Assembly: GCA_963666425.2 (NCBI GenBank)
Contig: OY762825.2
Location: 2,464,001 to 2,528,000 of the forward strand
Source: Bacillota bacterium
GTDB lineage: Bacteria > Bacillota > JAAYKD01
Direction of reading: 5' to 3'
Length of the DNA stretch: 64,000 bases
Shown: positions 39,787 through 49,932 of the stretch, one piece after another
Numbering within the stretch: the first letter of the stretch is position 1
How the letters are laid out: the number at the start of each line of letters is the position of its first letter
The notes under the pieces: model-generated
What the model was told of the DNA's origin: nothing
What the model saw: the letters and a program-made list of their open reading frames with translations, nothing else
Databases searched by the model: none
Translations under genes and position numbers: made by a program

Positions 39787-39952
39787 CACATTATCGATTG
39801 ATAAAGGAAACGATAACCAGTTCATTTACAGATGGATCTGGAATCAGGCTGCAAATCAGGTAAGAATCGATTGCGCTGGATTTAGCCAACGCTGATCCAG
39901 CGTAAGCGATTCGCGTATGCTAATCCGAGAAAAATTGAGTGGGGGTTTTTAA

Positions 39953-40600
39953 ATGAACACGATTGATCACACCAAAAAAACACGGGATAAAACTGTGATG
40001 GTGATTGGCATCCTGCTTTGCATCCTATTATTGCCGCTACTGATCATCAATGTAACGCTGATTGTGAAATCCTTTGTCTATCCCAATGAAGTACCAAGCT
40101 TCCTTGGCTATAAGCCGTTCATTGTCTTATCCGGCTCAATGGAACCGGAGTTTTATTCAGGAGATCTTGTCTTGGTGAAAGAAGTGGCGACAAATACCCT
40201 TCAGGTTGGGGACGTAATTTCTTACCGCGAGGGGAATTCAGTCATTACTCATAGAATCGTCGAGATCACCGAGAGCGCTGCCGGACGTAAATTTACGACC
40301 AAAGGGGATAACAACAACGTAAATGACAGAAATCAGGTATTGGAGAGTATGGTGGAAGGGCAGTATTTGCTGCATGTCTCCAAATTAGGTAATTTTGCGA
40401 TTTTTATGCAGACACCGATTGGTATGGTCATTTTTATCGCTTGCCCGTTGGCCTTGTTTATTTTGTATGATGTTTTGCGCCGTATTTTCTTTGACCGTAA
40501 GAAGAACCAGAAAACACAGGAATTGGAAGCCGAGCTGGAAAAAATGCGTCAGCAATTGGCGGAAAAGCAGGATAATAAGAACGAGCAGCCAAAAGAATAA
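39953..40600 (+). CDS. sipW: Second SipW-type signal peptidase I
   Basis: 'VLSGSMEP', 'GDL', 'ITHRI', 'TKGDNNNVND'; charged coiled-coil-like C-terminal tail. Confidence 0.92.
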   Translation: MNTIDHTKKTRDKTVMVIGILLCILLLPLLIINVTLIVKSFVYPNEVPSFLGYKPFIVLSGSMEPEFYSGDLVLVKEVATNTLQVGDVISYREGNSVITHRIVEITESAAGRKFTTKGDNNNVNDRNQVLESMVEGQYLLHVSKLGNFAIFMQTPIGMVIFIACPLALFILYDVLRRIFFDRKKNQKTQELEAELEKMRQQLAEKQDNKNEQPKE

Positions 40601-40655
40601 AAAAGACATCCTAACTGTTGACAGTTTAACTGCAAACAGTTGGGATGTTTTTTTT
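40599..40655. terminator. Bidirectional intrinsic terminator
   Basis: aaaaaagacatcctaactgtt...aacagttgggatgttttttt between convergent genes. Confidence 0.78.
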
Positions 40656-40683
40656 GGCAGTAGATTGACAAGGAAAATCATTC

Positions 40684-42708
40684 TTACATCGGAGCTGGAT
40701 TTTCTGACATCATTGCAATGAAAACAGCGGTGATGCGCGGATCAATTACCTTGCCCGCCATTTCACTCATTTTCAGCAGTGCTGCTTCTTTCGATAAAGG
40801 TTTGCTGCGATAGATATTTGTCATAGCATCATAGGCTTCAGCGACTGCAATGATACGGGACATTTCCGGGATTTCCAGACCATGCAAGCCCTTTGGATAA
40901 CCCGAACCGTCCCAATTTTCATGATGGCTGTAAACCGATTCCGCTAGATCCAGGGTTTCATCAAATAGATTGAGGATACGGTAACCCATGATCGGGTGTT
41001 TTTGCCGCTCTGCTCGCTTTTCCTCTGTCATCGTATCGGTCTGCAGGATTTCATCCTTTAAAACAATTTTACCGATATCATGCAGGAAACCGGCTTGTCC
41101 CAGCTTTTTAATTCTGGTTTCAGGCAGTTGCAATGCCACCCCAATTTGGATGCAAAGCCTGCTGGTGTTGAGGGAATGCTGACGTTCTCTGGGGTATTTA
41201 TCATGCAGGGTTGTGATGACCGTGTTCAGTATTTCCGAGTCGATTTGTTTGCGGTTGCTGGTTTTATTCTGATACATATTGCTTTCCGCATTGAGAATCG
41301 TCCGCTCAATATCTTGGGTACGGTCTGTTTTCGTATCGAAACCCATTGACATGCTGCAGGGAATAGCGGAGACTTTTTCTTTGAAAAGTTCGGTTGTGAT
41401 TTTGCCTGAGATTTTTTCTGCGGTGGCGGCATCTGTTTTTGCTAGGAGAAGAATAAATTCATCTCCACCTGCCCGCGCAATGATGGCCGTATCTCCACAG
41501 ATTTTACGCAGGATCTCTGCTGATTTTTGGATCAATTCATCGCCGAGGTTATGACCAAAGATATCGTTGATTAATTTTAAACCGTTGATGTCGCCGAAGA
41601 ACAGGGAGATCGGTAGATTCTCATCGGTGTCCATTTTGGCGACCTGATCATAGAAACGAGCTTTGTTCAGCAGACCGGTCAGAGAATCATGATAACTGAG
41701 GAATCTGATCTTGTCTTCGTCTTTCTTGCGCTCGGAAATATCCATAAAGGTGATCACAGCACCGACGATTTTTCCATCTTTATATTGAGGATAGGAATGA
41801 TACTCCACATCGAAAGAACTGGCATCGGCTCTCCAGAAAACTTCATCCTTCACATGCAAAGCACTGGCTTCCTGCAGGGATTTTAAAATGCGGCATTCTT
41901 CTTGAGGATATGCTTTGCCGTCTTTCAAGCTGTGCAGAATTTGGCTGTGCATATTTTTACCCAGTAAGTCTTCTTGTCTGTGATAACCTAAAGTAGCAAG
42001 GCAGCTATGATTACAGAAAGTACAATTGCCCTGCAAATCAATGCCATAAATCGCTTCGGCGGTGGAATCCAAAATCAGACGCAATTGCTCTTTGCTGTCT
42101 TGCAGCGCTTCGTTGGTGAGTTCCAATTCGCGATTCTTTTCATTCAAAAAGGCGGATACTTCATTCCTGCTTTGTTCGAAATAGTCGATGATTAGGATTA
42201 AAACCAGAGTGGCGAAGAAGAGATTCCCGAGGGTGATCCAGTTGATGCCGGCGGGCTGCCATATTTCATACCGACTGAGAAGATAAATCAAGAGACCTGA
42301 ACCATACACCAGAGTCAAAAGTCGGCCAATCTTTAGCCCCAGCTGGAAATAGAGATAGGGAGGGAAACAACAAATCCAATAAAAGGCATAATCGGTATTC
42401 CCCTTTAAAACAAGATAAAGGCTCAAAGAAGCCAAGAGAATAAAAGCAGTGAGATGGCTTGCTTGGATAAATTGATTCGTCTTGTGGAAATAATAGAGTA
42501 AGCAGGTGGCGCAGAGGATGACAAGCAAGTTGACTGCTGCCGAGGCGGAGCATTGGAAAAAAAACAGATTGCTGACAGCACAAAAGGCAGAGATGGGAAT
42601 CAGAGCAAGCAGGATCACATTGAGCAGGATTACGCTGCGGTATTGCGGATGACTGGTGGTAAAATGATGATGATTGGTTAAAAACCCCTCATCTAGAGTG
42701 AAACGCAT
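40684..42708 (-). CDS. Membrane-bound PAS-GGDEF-HD-GYP c-di-GMP metabolism protein
   Basis: 5-6 TM segments, PAS/PAC ('TAEAIYGIDLQG', 'FMDISERK'), intact 'RAGGDEF', 'HDIGK', 'HHENWDGSGYP'. Confidence 0.92.
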   Translation of the reverse strand: MRFTLDEGFLTNHHHFTTSHPQYRSVILLNVILLALIPISAFCAVSNLFFFQCSASAAVNLLVILCATCLLYYFHKTNQFIQASHLTAFILLASLSLYLVLKGNTDYAFYWICCFPPYLYFQLGLKIGRLLTLVYGSGLLIYLLSRYEIWQPAGINWITLGNLFFATLVLILIIDYFEQSRNEVSAFLNEKNRELELTNEALQDSKEQLRLILDSTAEAIYGIDLQGNCTFCNHSCLATLGYHRQEDLLGKNMHSQILHSLKDGKAYPQEECRILKSLQEASALHVKDEVFWRADASSFDVEYHSYPQYKDGKIVGAVITFMDISERKKDEDKIRFLSYHDSLTGLLNKARFYDQVAKMDTDENLPISLFFGDINGLKLINDIFGHNLGDELIQKSAEILRKICGDTAIIARAGGDEFILLLAKTDAATAEKISGKITTELFKEKVSAIPCSMSMGFDTKTDRTQDIERTILNAESNMYQNKTSNRKQIDSEILNTVITTLHDKYPRERQHSLNTSRLCIQIGVALQLPETRIKKLGQAGFLHDIGKIVLKDEILQTDTMTEEKRAERQKHPIMGYRILNLFDETLDLAESVYSHHENWDGSGYPKGLHGLEIPEMSRIIAVAEAYDAMTNIYRSKPLSKEAALLKMSEMAGKVIDPRITAVFIAMMSENPAPM

Positions 42709-43007
42709 TGATTTGTAACACCTCCCAAAGATGTCTGACCAATTGTAAGCAAGGTATCCTTGCTTGGATTTATTTGAACGACACCATGCGATCTGTTTGA
42801 AGATCGTTGAGCGTGAAGCAGAACCATGACGATGGACGCCTTTTTATGTTCTACCAGTAGATAAAAAATAGAGAAAATTCTCATTATGCGCAATCGCTTT
42901 TTATGATAAATCTTCCAACAGTATTTGTCAATTACGAATTGTTTTATTTCAGCGAATAATCAAAACTTTCTCGGCGGAGAAAGATAGATTACCGGTTCTT
43001 TATATAG

Positions 43008-43057
43008 AAAAAGCAAGACAGCATTCCGAGATGAAGTCGGAGCGCTGTCTTGCTTTT
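43008..43057 (-). terminator. Intrinsic terminator after asnS-glutaredoxin genes
   Basis: aaaaagcaagacagc...gctgtcttgcttttt inverted repeat. Confidence 0.75.
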
Positions 43058-43089
43058 TGTTCGATTAACAGACTAATTTTTAGAAGGAA

Positions 43090-43371
43090 TTATGCTTCTG
43101 CCAGTGCGGCTTTCAGAACCGCTTCGACAGCCTCTTTGCTGCCGACACCTTTGATGGGAGCTGCTTCCAACATTTTTTGACTGCCGAGATAAAAAGTTGG
43201 CACAAAATAGTAATCGTACTTGTTCGCCAATTCCATTTGCTGGCTTTCATCGATTTTTTCAATTTCGATAGCAGCATACTCCGGATGCAGTTCGATCAAT
43301 TCATTCAACATCCGCAGGGCTTCTTTGCAATAGGGACAATATGGTAAATAGAATAGAGTGATTTTTTTCAT
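43090..43371 (-). CDS. Glutaredoxin/thioredoxin-like protein
   Basis: 'CPYC' active site, 'YDYYFVPTF'. Confidence 0.85.
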   Translation of the reverse strand: MKKITLFYLPYCPYCKEALRMLNELIELHPEYAAIEIEKIDESQQMELANKYDYYFVPTFYLGSQKMLEAAPIKGVGSKEAVEAVLKAALAEA

Positions 43372-43398
43372 CGTATGTTAAGCATCCTTTCGTTTTGG

Positions 43399-44793
43399 CT
43401 AAAATGATATACTGCCAACCGTGCGCGGACTGAGGCAAACATCGCGAATATTGCTGACTCCGGTCAGATACATGACCAGTCGTTCAAAACCGAGGCCATA
43501 GCCGCTGTGATACACCCCGCCGTATCTGCGTAATTCCAAATACCAACTGTAGGGTGTCAGATCCATATTCAATTCGTTCATCCGTTTGATCAGCACATCA
43601 TAGCGCTCTTCACGTTGGCTGCCCCCTACGATTTCACCGATACCGGGCACCAGCAAATCGACTGCCGCCACCGTCTTGCCATCGCCATTTTGGCGCATGT
43701 AAAAAGCCTTGATTTCTTTGGGATAGTTGTAGACAAAGACGGGTTTTTTAAAGATCTGCTCTGTCAGGTAGCGCTCATGTTCTGTCTGTAAATCCATTCC
43801 CCAGGAGACGGGGAACTCGAACACATGCCCGCTTTGCAGGAGCAGATCGACTGCTGCAGTATAGGAAAGGTGTTTGAATTCATTGGAGACGACATTGTTC
43901 AAGCGAGTCAGCAAATTGGTATCGACGAATTGATTGAAGAATTCCATTTCTTCCGGGCATTCCTGCAGCACATAGTTGATGACATATTTGATCATACTTT
44001 CGATATTGGCCATATTGTCTTCCAAATCGGCATACGCCATTTCCGGTTCCATCATCCAAAACTCTGCCGCGTGACGGGTGGTATTGGAATTTTCAGCCCG
44101 GAAGGTGGGGCCAAAGGTGTAGATGTCACGGAAAGCCATCGCCATTGCTTCGGCTTGCAGTTGACCGGTGACGTTGAGATGGGTTTCTTTGCCAAAAAAA
44201 TCCTGGCTGTAATCCACACTGCCGTCAGCGTTATGGGGCAGGTTCATCATATCCAATGTGGTGACACGGAACATTTCGCCGGCGCCTTCACCATCGGAGT
44301 CGGTGATCAAAGGAGTATTGGCGTAAACGAAACCCTGTTCCTGAAAGAAGCGATGGATGGCAAAAGCCGCCACAGAACGGACACGCAGGACAGCGGAGAA
44401 GAGATTGGAGCGCGGACGGAACCAGGCAATTTCACGCAGATATTCCAGGGAATGACGTTTTTTCTGCAGCGGGTAATCGGCAGACGAAGGCGCCAGTTCA
44501 ATGATTTCCAGAGCGTGCAGTTCAAAGGGCTGCTTGGCATCCGGAGTTTGAATTAAGCTGCCGCTGATCTGCAGCGCCGTGGCGATGGGCATTTTTGCGA
44601 CATCTGCGTAATTGGTGACGTGCTGCGGGTCAAATACGATTTGCAGGTTTTTAAAAAAGCTGCCGTCGTTCAGTTCGATGAAACCGATACTGTTGGAGGA
44701 GCGGCTGGTGCGGACCCAGCCGTTGACGGTGATTGTTTGGTCATAAGGCGGCTGTGCCATGCGGTAGAGTTGTTTGATTTTGGTGATGGTCAT
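43399..44793 (-). CDS. asnS: Asparagine--tRNA ligase
   Basis: 'GWVRT', 'YPLQKKRHS', '[21 protein letters not shown]', '[10 protein letters not shown]', 'GLGFER'. Confidence 0.97.
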   Translation of the reverse strand: MTITKIKQLYRMAQPPYDQTITVNGWVRTSRSSNSIGFIELNDGSFFKNLQIVFDPQHVTNYADVAKMPIATALQISGSLIQTPDAKQPFELHALEIIELAPSSADYPLQKKRHSLEYLREIAWFRPRSNLFSAVLRVRSVAAFAIHRFFQEQGFVYANTPLITDSDGEGAGEMFRVTTLDMMNLPHNADGSVDYSQDFFGKETHLNVTGQLQAEAMAMAFRDIYTFGPTFRAENSNTTRHAAEFWMMEPEMAYADLEDNMANIESMIKYVINYVLQECPEEMEFFNQFVDTNLLTRLNNVVSNEFKHLSYTAAVDLLLQSGHVFEFPVSWGMDLQTEHERYLTEQIFKKPVFVYNYPKEIKAFYMRQNGDGKTVAAVDLLVPGIGEIVGGSQREERYDVLIKRMNELNMDLTPYSWYLELRRYGGVYHSGYGLGFERLVMYLTGVSNIRDVCLSPRTVGSISF

Positions 44794-44824
44794 TTTTTAG
44801 TACCTCCTGTTTTTTTGGGGTATA

Positions 44825-45125
44825 AAGAAAGCCCTTCGTTGACGCTGTAAAATTTACAGCGGGACGAAGGGCTGCTATTCGCGGTGCCACCCACTTTGGA
44901 GATGAGATCCGCTGACGAATGATTCGCAAGACGGCAATCTCCCAACTCATGAATCGCTGTAGCGGGCGAACCCGTCCGCGCCTACTGAAAAAGCAAAGAG
45001 AGTCAGCTTTTTGTTGGGGCGGTAACTCGGCGGTGTTCTTGGCAAACATTGATTTATCGGGTTCGCAGCCTTCCCGACTCTCTGGAAAATCAGTTTGTTT
45101 GTTACTCTCCGCGTCATCGTTTTGT
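44825..45125 (-). ncRNA. T-box riboswitch leader with Asn specifier
   Basis: Minus strand: Stem I with AGAGA and GCTGC boxes, specifier AAC at 45037-45035, T-box AAGTGGGTGGCACCGCG (~44896-44880), terminator gcccttcgt...acgaagggc plus T tract. Confidence 0.92.
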
Positions 45126-45142
45126 GTGGATGAAGTTGACTT

Positions 45143-45171
45143 ATTATAGCGAAATTGAGATATTTTGTCAA
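45143..45171 (-). promoter_or_regulatory. Sigma-A promoter of asnS leader
   Basis: Minus strand TTGACA (45171-45166), 17 bp, TATAAT (45148-45143). Confidence 0.85.
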
Positions 45172-45199
45172 GCAAAAATTTGTAAGAGAGGAGCGGCAG

Positions 45200-46410
45200 G
45201 TGTTTTTTGTGGCAAGCGACAATCTCCTTCCGGCAGCTGCAGCCGGGGCTGATGCTGGCCTGCAGGAGACAGCCGCTCGCTTTGAGGACTGTGCTGCTGA
45301 TGTGGGGAGAGGGGTTGTTTTTGGACGGGGGTAAAATGTTTTTGGCAGCAAGCGACAATCTCCTTCCGGCAGCTGCAGCCGGGGCTGATGCTGGCCTGCA
45401 GGAGACAGCCGCTTGCTTTGGGGACTGTGCTGCTGATATGAGGAGGGGGGTTATTTTTGGACGGGGGAAAGTTCTTTTGGCAGCAAGCGACAATCTCCTT
45501 CCGGCAGCTGCAGCCGGGGGCTGATGCTGCCCTGCAGGAGACAGCCGCTCGCTTTGAGGACTGTGCTGCTGATGCGGGGAGGGGGGTTATTTTTGGACGG
45601 GGGAAAGTGTTTTTTGTGGCAAGCGGCAATCTCCTTCCGGCAGCTGCAGCCGGGGCTGATGCTGCCCTGCAGGACACAGCCGCTCGCTTTGAGGACTGTG
45701 CTGCTGATGTGGGGAGAGGGGTTGTTTTTGGACGGGGGTAAAATGTTTTTGGCAGCAAGCGGCAATCTCCTTCCGGCAGCTGCAGCCGGGGCTGATGCTG
45801 CTCTGCAGGAGACAACCGCTTGCTTTGTGGACTGTGCTGCTGATGTGGGGAGGGGGTTATTTTTGGACGGGGGAAAGTGTTTTTTGTGGCAAGCGACAAT
45901 CTCATTCCGGCAGCTGCAGCCGGGGCTGATGCTGCCCTGCAGGAGACAGCCGCTTGCTTTGAGGTGTGCTGCTGATGTGGGGAGGGGGGTTATTTTTGGA
46001 CAGAGGAAAGTGTTTTTTTGTGGCAAGCGGCAATATCCTTCCGGCAGCTGCAGCCGGGGCTGATGCTACACTGCAGGTGACAGCCGCTTGTGCTGCTGAT
46101 GCGGCCCTGCAGGAGACAGCCGCTCGCTTTGAGGACTGTGCTGCTGATGAGGGGAGGGGAGTTATTTTTGGACGGGGGAAAGTGTTTTTAGCAGCAAGCG
46201 ACAATCTCCTTCCGGCAGCTGCAGCCGGGGCTGATGCTGGCCTGCAGGAGACAGCCGTTCGCTTTGGGGACTGTGCTGTTGGGGGGTATTCTGGAATGGA
46301 ATCAAATGCTTTTAGGTGGCAAGCGACAATCTCCTTCCGGCAGCTGCAGCCGGGGCTGATGCTGCCCTGCAGGAGACAGCCGCTTGCTTTGGGGACTGTG
46401 CTGCTGATGA
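45200..46410. repeat. Non-coding tandem array of nine ~135-bp units
   Basis: Core gcaagcg(a/g)caatctccttccggcagctgcagccggggctgatgctg recurs at about 45212, 45348, 45483, 45619, 45755, 45889, 46023, 46194, 46319. Confidence 0.92.
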
Positions 46411-46428
46411 GGAGAGAGAGGAGAGCAT

Positions 46429-46508
46429 AAAAAATTCGGGGTGTATTCCTCAAGACATCTCGCACGGAAGGTGGAGAGGCCTTGAGGAGCACACGCCCCG
46501 AATTTTTT
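46429..46508. terminator. Long hairpin, probable terminator of the M14 peptidase genes
   Basis: aaaaaattcggggtgt...cctcaag / cttgagg...acgccccgaatttttt. Confidence 0.65.
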
Positions 46509-46551
46509 GGGTTTAGATTGTGATAGGGAATTTAAGTGCTGCTTGAGAAAA

Positions 46552-48195
46552 TTACGGCAGCACTACTTCAACTCTGGCCGTGCCGGCACGTTCGCTGCTG
46601 GCAGTGATCGTTACTTTGCTGCCGGCTTTACCGAGCAGCAGCCATTCGGCTTTCTTTTCTTCCCGTCCTTTTAACTGCGGCAGTTTGATTTTTTCTTTGC
46701 CATTGGGGACAGAGATGTTTTTACCGCTGATTGATACTTCAATTGGTTGAACCATCTTGATTTGTTCGGCGAGATAAGTGCCGCCGGTAGGCAGGTAGCC
46801 TTTGTTGACGATACCGCAGGTGATTTTATACAAACCGTCGGCCATGGCTTCCACTTTTACTTTACGGACATCCACTTCAGCCATCGCTTTGACCTGAACA
46901 TTGGTAAAGCGCATATTGCGTTCGCAAAGATCGGCAAGGAAACGTTCCGGAGGGTTCTGGAGCAAGAATTTTGATTTCCAGCCGCCGATTTCCACTTTAC
47001 CCAATTGCGGGTGATCAAATTCATGCCATTCCACAAAGCAGCCAAGGTTGTTTTCGTCATGCCATTTCGCCATTTTCAGCATGTCGTCTTCACGTTCCTT
47101 GACCGTCTGCAGCTTACGATCTTTGGAATAATCATTTTTGGGGCAGCCAGCCGCATTGGTCGGGCTCCACAGTTCGGTTGACCAGGAAAGGATACCGCGA
47201 TGATTATAGATCCAATCGAGATAGACGCCGCGCAATGGTTTATCTCTTTGGCTGGGAGCCATATAGCCCTCAAAAATGTTGCAGTGACCGTAACCGGTAA
47301 ATTCAACGCCGCGGGTGCCTAATTCTTTATAGGCGGTCACATCATCTTGATTCATTGCTTTATCGGGAATGGTGGCACAGGGACGCAGATGGACTTCACC
47401 GGTGGTATGATAACTCTGTGCGCCGGCAATGTTTTTCTGCTTGATCAGGAAATCGGCTACGGATTTGGTTTCCGGTTCGGAAAGGGCATAATCACCGGAA
47501 CCGATTTGTTTGGCATCGATATCCCAAAAAGCGGGCATGTTGCGGTTGACATCCAAACCCCAGCGCGAACGGGCAGCATTGACTTCAATCCCATCGAATT
47601 CGACGATTTTACCTTCCTGATATACACGATAAAAATCACCGGTTACTTCATCGGGCCCGCGTTTGACCATCAGACGGGCATCTTCCGGACAAAGTTTGTA
47701 ATCACCGTTTGGATCTTTGATGCGCATTTGAGTGATCCAGCCGTCGCCGTCCATATCTTCGGCATGTAAACCGGGCTGATCTTCCGTGAAGGGAAAGAGA
47801 CGGGTAGAGGAGCGCAGTGTATAGGGAGTATGGAAATACATTTCCGATCCGTCAATGGAAACGCGGGGTACCACGTAGATGGTGCGGTTATCCAGCATGG
47901 CGGTGGCATCTGCATCCGTGCCGTAATTTTCCAGCAGCCAGCTGACCGTGTAGAGCGCAACAGCGGAACCGGTCACCTCACCGGCATGGAAATTGGCATC
48001 GATGTAATAACCGGGTTTTTCGGCGGCGACGCCTTTTTGAGAAGTTAATTCCAAACAGATGATGGTTCGGCCTTCATAAGTCTTGCCGATGGGATATTGT
48101 TTGATTAATTCCGGGAAAGCAGCGCACCATTTTTCAACCAAATCTAAAATTTCAGCCCAGACATAGTATTTGGCGGCTTCATAAGCGACTTTCAT
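46552..48195 (-). CDS. M14-family zinc carboxypeptidase
   Basis: 'HAGE' (HxxE), 'DVNRN', 'SYHT', 'STELW'; RBS AAGGAGG. Confidence 0.88.
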   Translation of the reverse strand: MKVAYEAAKYYVWAEILDLVEKWCAAFPELIKQYPIGKTYEGRTIICLELTSQKGVAAEKPGYYIDANFHAGEVTGSAVALYTVSWLLENYGTDADATAMLDNRTIYVVPRVSIDGSEMYFHTPYTLRSSTRLFPFTEDQPGLHAEDMDGDGWITQMRIKDPNGDYKLCPEDARLMVKRGPDEVTGDFYRVYQEGKIVEFDGIEVNAARSRWGLDVNRNMPAFWDIDAKQIGSGDYALSEPETKSVADFLIKQKNIAGAQSYHTTGEVHLRPCATIPDKAMNQDDVTAYKELGTRGVEFTGYGHCNIFEGYMAPSQRDKPLRGVYLDWIYNHRGILSWSTELWSPTNAAGCPKNDYSKDRKLQTVKEREDDMLKMAKWHDENNLGCFVEWHEFDHPQLGKVEIGGWKSKFLLQNPPERFLADLCERNMRFTNVQVKAMAEVDVRKVKVEAMADGLYKITCGIVNKGYLPTGGTYLAEQIKMVQPIEVSISGKNISVPNGKEKIKLPQLKGREEKKAEWLLLGKAGSKVTITASSERAGTARVEVVLP

Positions 48196-48249
48196 AGAGA
48201 TCCTCCTTTATTTTTAATTTTTTTTTTAAAGCATCGTTCATCCTGTTTC

Positions 48250-49932
48250 TTAAGCTAAAACCAGTTCCGCGACGGCTTTGCCGGCACGGGGAGCGTGGGC
48301 GGTGACGCTGATTTTACTGCCGGCGGCAGCCTGGATGATCCAAGCTACTTTCTTGCGGGAACCGCCGCCGCTGACATTACCATAACCGCCTCCGGAATTT
48401 CCATGACCTTTTAAGTGTCCCAGATCCAGTTCTGCTTCTCCCTGCAAGACTTCACCGCCGCTGAGCGTGGCTTTGACGGTGGCTGCCATCTTCGTTGTGA
48501 CTGCCTGCAGCGTTCCGCTGGTGGGCATAAAGCCGGTATTTTCCACACAGCCGCTGATTTTATAGATGCCTTCGGAGATTTTTTCGGCTGTCAGATCATC
48601 TACCGCTAATCCTGGCGTGGCAGCAGCGAAGGAAAGACTGAAGAGCATATTCTTATGGCATTCTTCCTGCAGCAATTTTGCCGGAGGATTCTGGCGTCCG
48701 AATTTCGGATTCCAGCCGCCAATTTCCACTTTGCCCAATTGCGGATGATCGAATTCGTGCCAAGCAATAAAACAATCGCCGGCCATAACATCGTCGTTCC
48801 ATTTGAGCAATTTCAGCTGCATCTCTTCCTGTTCGGCAGGTGTCATTTTCATGATCTTGGCATAGGTCAGATTCTTCAGGCCGGCTCTGCCCAGCAGATC
48901 CCACAATTCGGTTGCATAAGAAAATAAACCGATATAGGTGAAGGTCATATCGAGGAAAGTGCCCCACTGCGGTTGATAATCACAATAATCCACAAAAAGT
49001 CCTTTGACGGGATAACCGGTAAAGCCGGTTGCTATGCTGCCGATGGCGGTATACATGGCTAAATCATCCGGATTCATCTTATCATCGGTGTCGATGCAAA
49101 GCGCACGCAGATGTTCTCCACCAGCCGTGTGATAATACAAACAACCGGACAGATTTTTTTGACTGAGTAAAAAGTCACTGATTGCTTGGGTTTCGGGTTC
49201 GGAATTTGGCCGCGGACCGGCGCCGTTTTGCATGTAAGGCGGCTTCCAATTGATGGGATAGTTGCGATTAAAGTCCAAACCCCATTTATTGGGTGCCATT
49301 TTCATTTCGTAACCATTATATTGATTGATGGTGCCTTCAGTATAGACGTGGTAGTAAGCACCGCCAAAATCATCGGGTTGGCGTTTGATCATCAAGCGGG
49401 GATCTTTTTCGGAGATTTTCATGTTGCCGGTCAGGTCGTCTCGTACGCGCATTTGCAGGATCAAACCGTCTCCATCCAGATCGGCTCCCACCAGACCGCT
49501 GGGGTCGGCGTAATCCGGGAAAGTAAATTCTTTATCGGATGAACGGACGGTATAGGGTGTCGTCAGATAGAACTCCGCTCCGTCAGGAGAAACACGGGGA
49601 ATAATATAGAAGGTTTTGTGATCAAGCAGCCAGGTTGCCTGTGCATCCTCGCCATAATTGCTCAGGAGGTAATCAATGGTATAAAGACAGGCCATACTAC
49701 CGGTGACTTCACCGGCGTGCGTGTTGCCATCGAGATAGAAACCCGCTTTCTCATCAGCCTTACCGGTCGCATGATTGGTCAGTTCAATGCACCAAAGATC
49801 TCTGCCGCCCGAGCTTTTGCCGAGAGAAAAAAGACGGGTCAATTCCGGATGGTCCAGACAGAAATTTTCCAGCGCTTCCACCAGTGCATGGTAACGGTAA
49901 TAGCGGGTATAGTCCAGTTTCAGAGAAGCCAT
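48250..49932 (-). CDS. M14-family zinc carboxypeptidase (paralog)
   Basis: 'HAGE', 'DFNRNYP', 'YYHT', 'ATELW'; exact start uncertain. Confidence 0.88.
   Translation of the reverse strand: MASLKLDYTRYYRYHALVEALENFCLDHPELTRLFSLGKSSGGRDLWCIELTNHATGKADEKAGFYLDGNTHAGEVTGSMACLYTIDYLLSNYGEDAQATWLLDHKTFYIIPRVSPDGAEFYLTTPYTVRSSDKEFTFPDYADPSGLVGADLDGDGLILQMRVRDDLTGNMKISEKDPRLMIKRQPDDFGGAYYHVYTEGTINQYNGYEMKMAPNKWGLDFNRNYPINWKPPYMQNGAGPRPNSEPETQAISDFLLSQKNLSGCLYYHTAGGEHLRALCIDTDDKMNPDDLAMYTAIGSIATGFTGYPVKGLFVDYCDYQPQWGTFLDMTFTYIGLFSYATELWDLLGRAGLKNLTYAKIMKMTPAEQEEMQLKLLKWNDDVMAGDCFIAWHEFDHPQLGKVEIGGWNPKFGRQNPPAKLLQEECHKNMLFSLSFAAATPGLAVDDLTAEKISEGIYKISGCVENTGFMPTSGTLQAVTTKMAATVKATLSGGEVLQGEAELDLGHLKGHGNSGGGYGNVSGGGSRKKVAWIIQAAAGSKISVTAHAPRAGKAVAELVLA

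Noticed and set aside
45200-46410. CRISPR array
   Set aside because: The conserved part (~90 bp) is too long, the linkers are homologous to each other rather than unique spacers, and there are no cas genes in the window
44741-46516. Overlapping ORFs of 60-250 aa across the T-box and repeat array
   Set aside because: Unit lengths are not multiples of three, ORFs appear in all frames without RBSs, and some overlap the T-box leader and promoter
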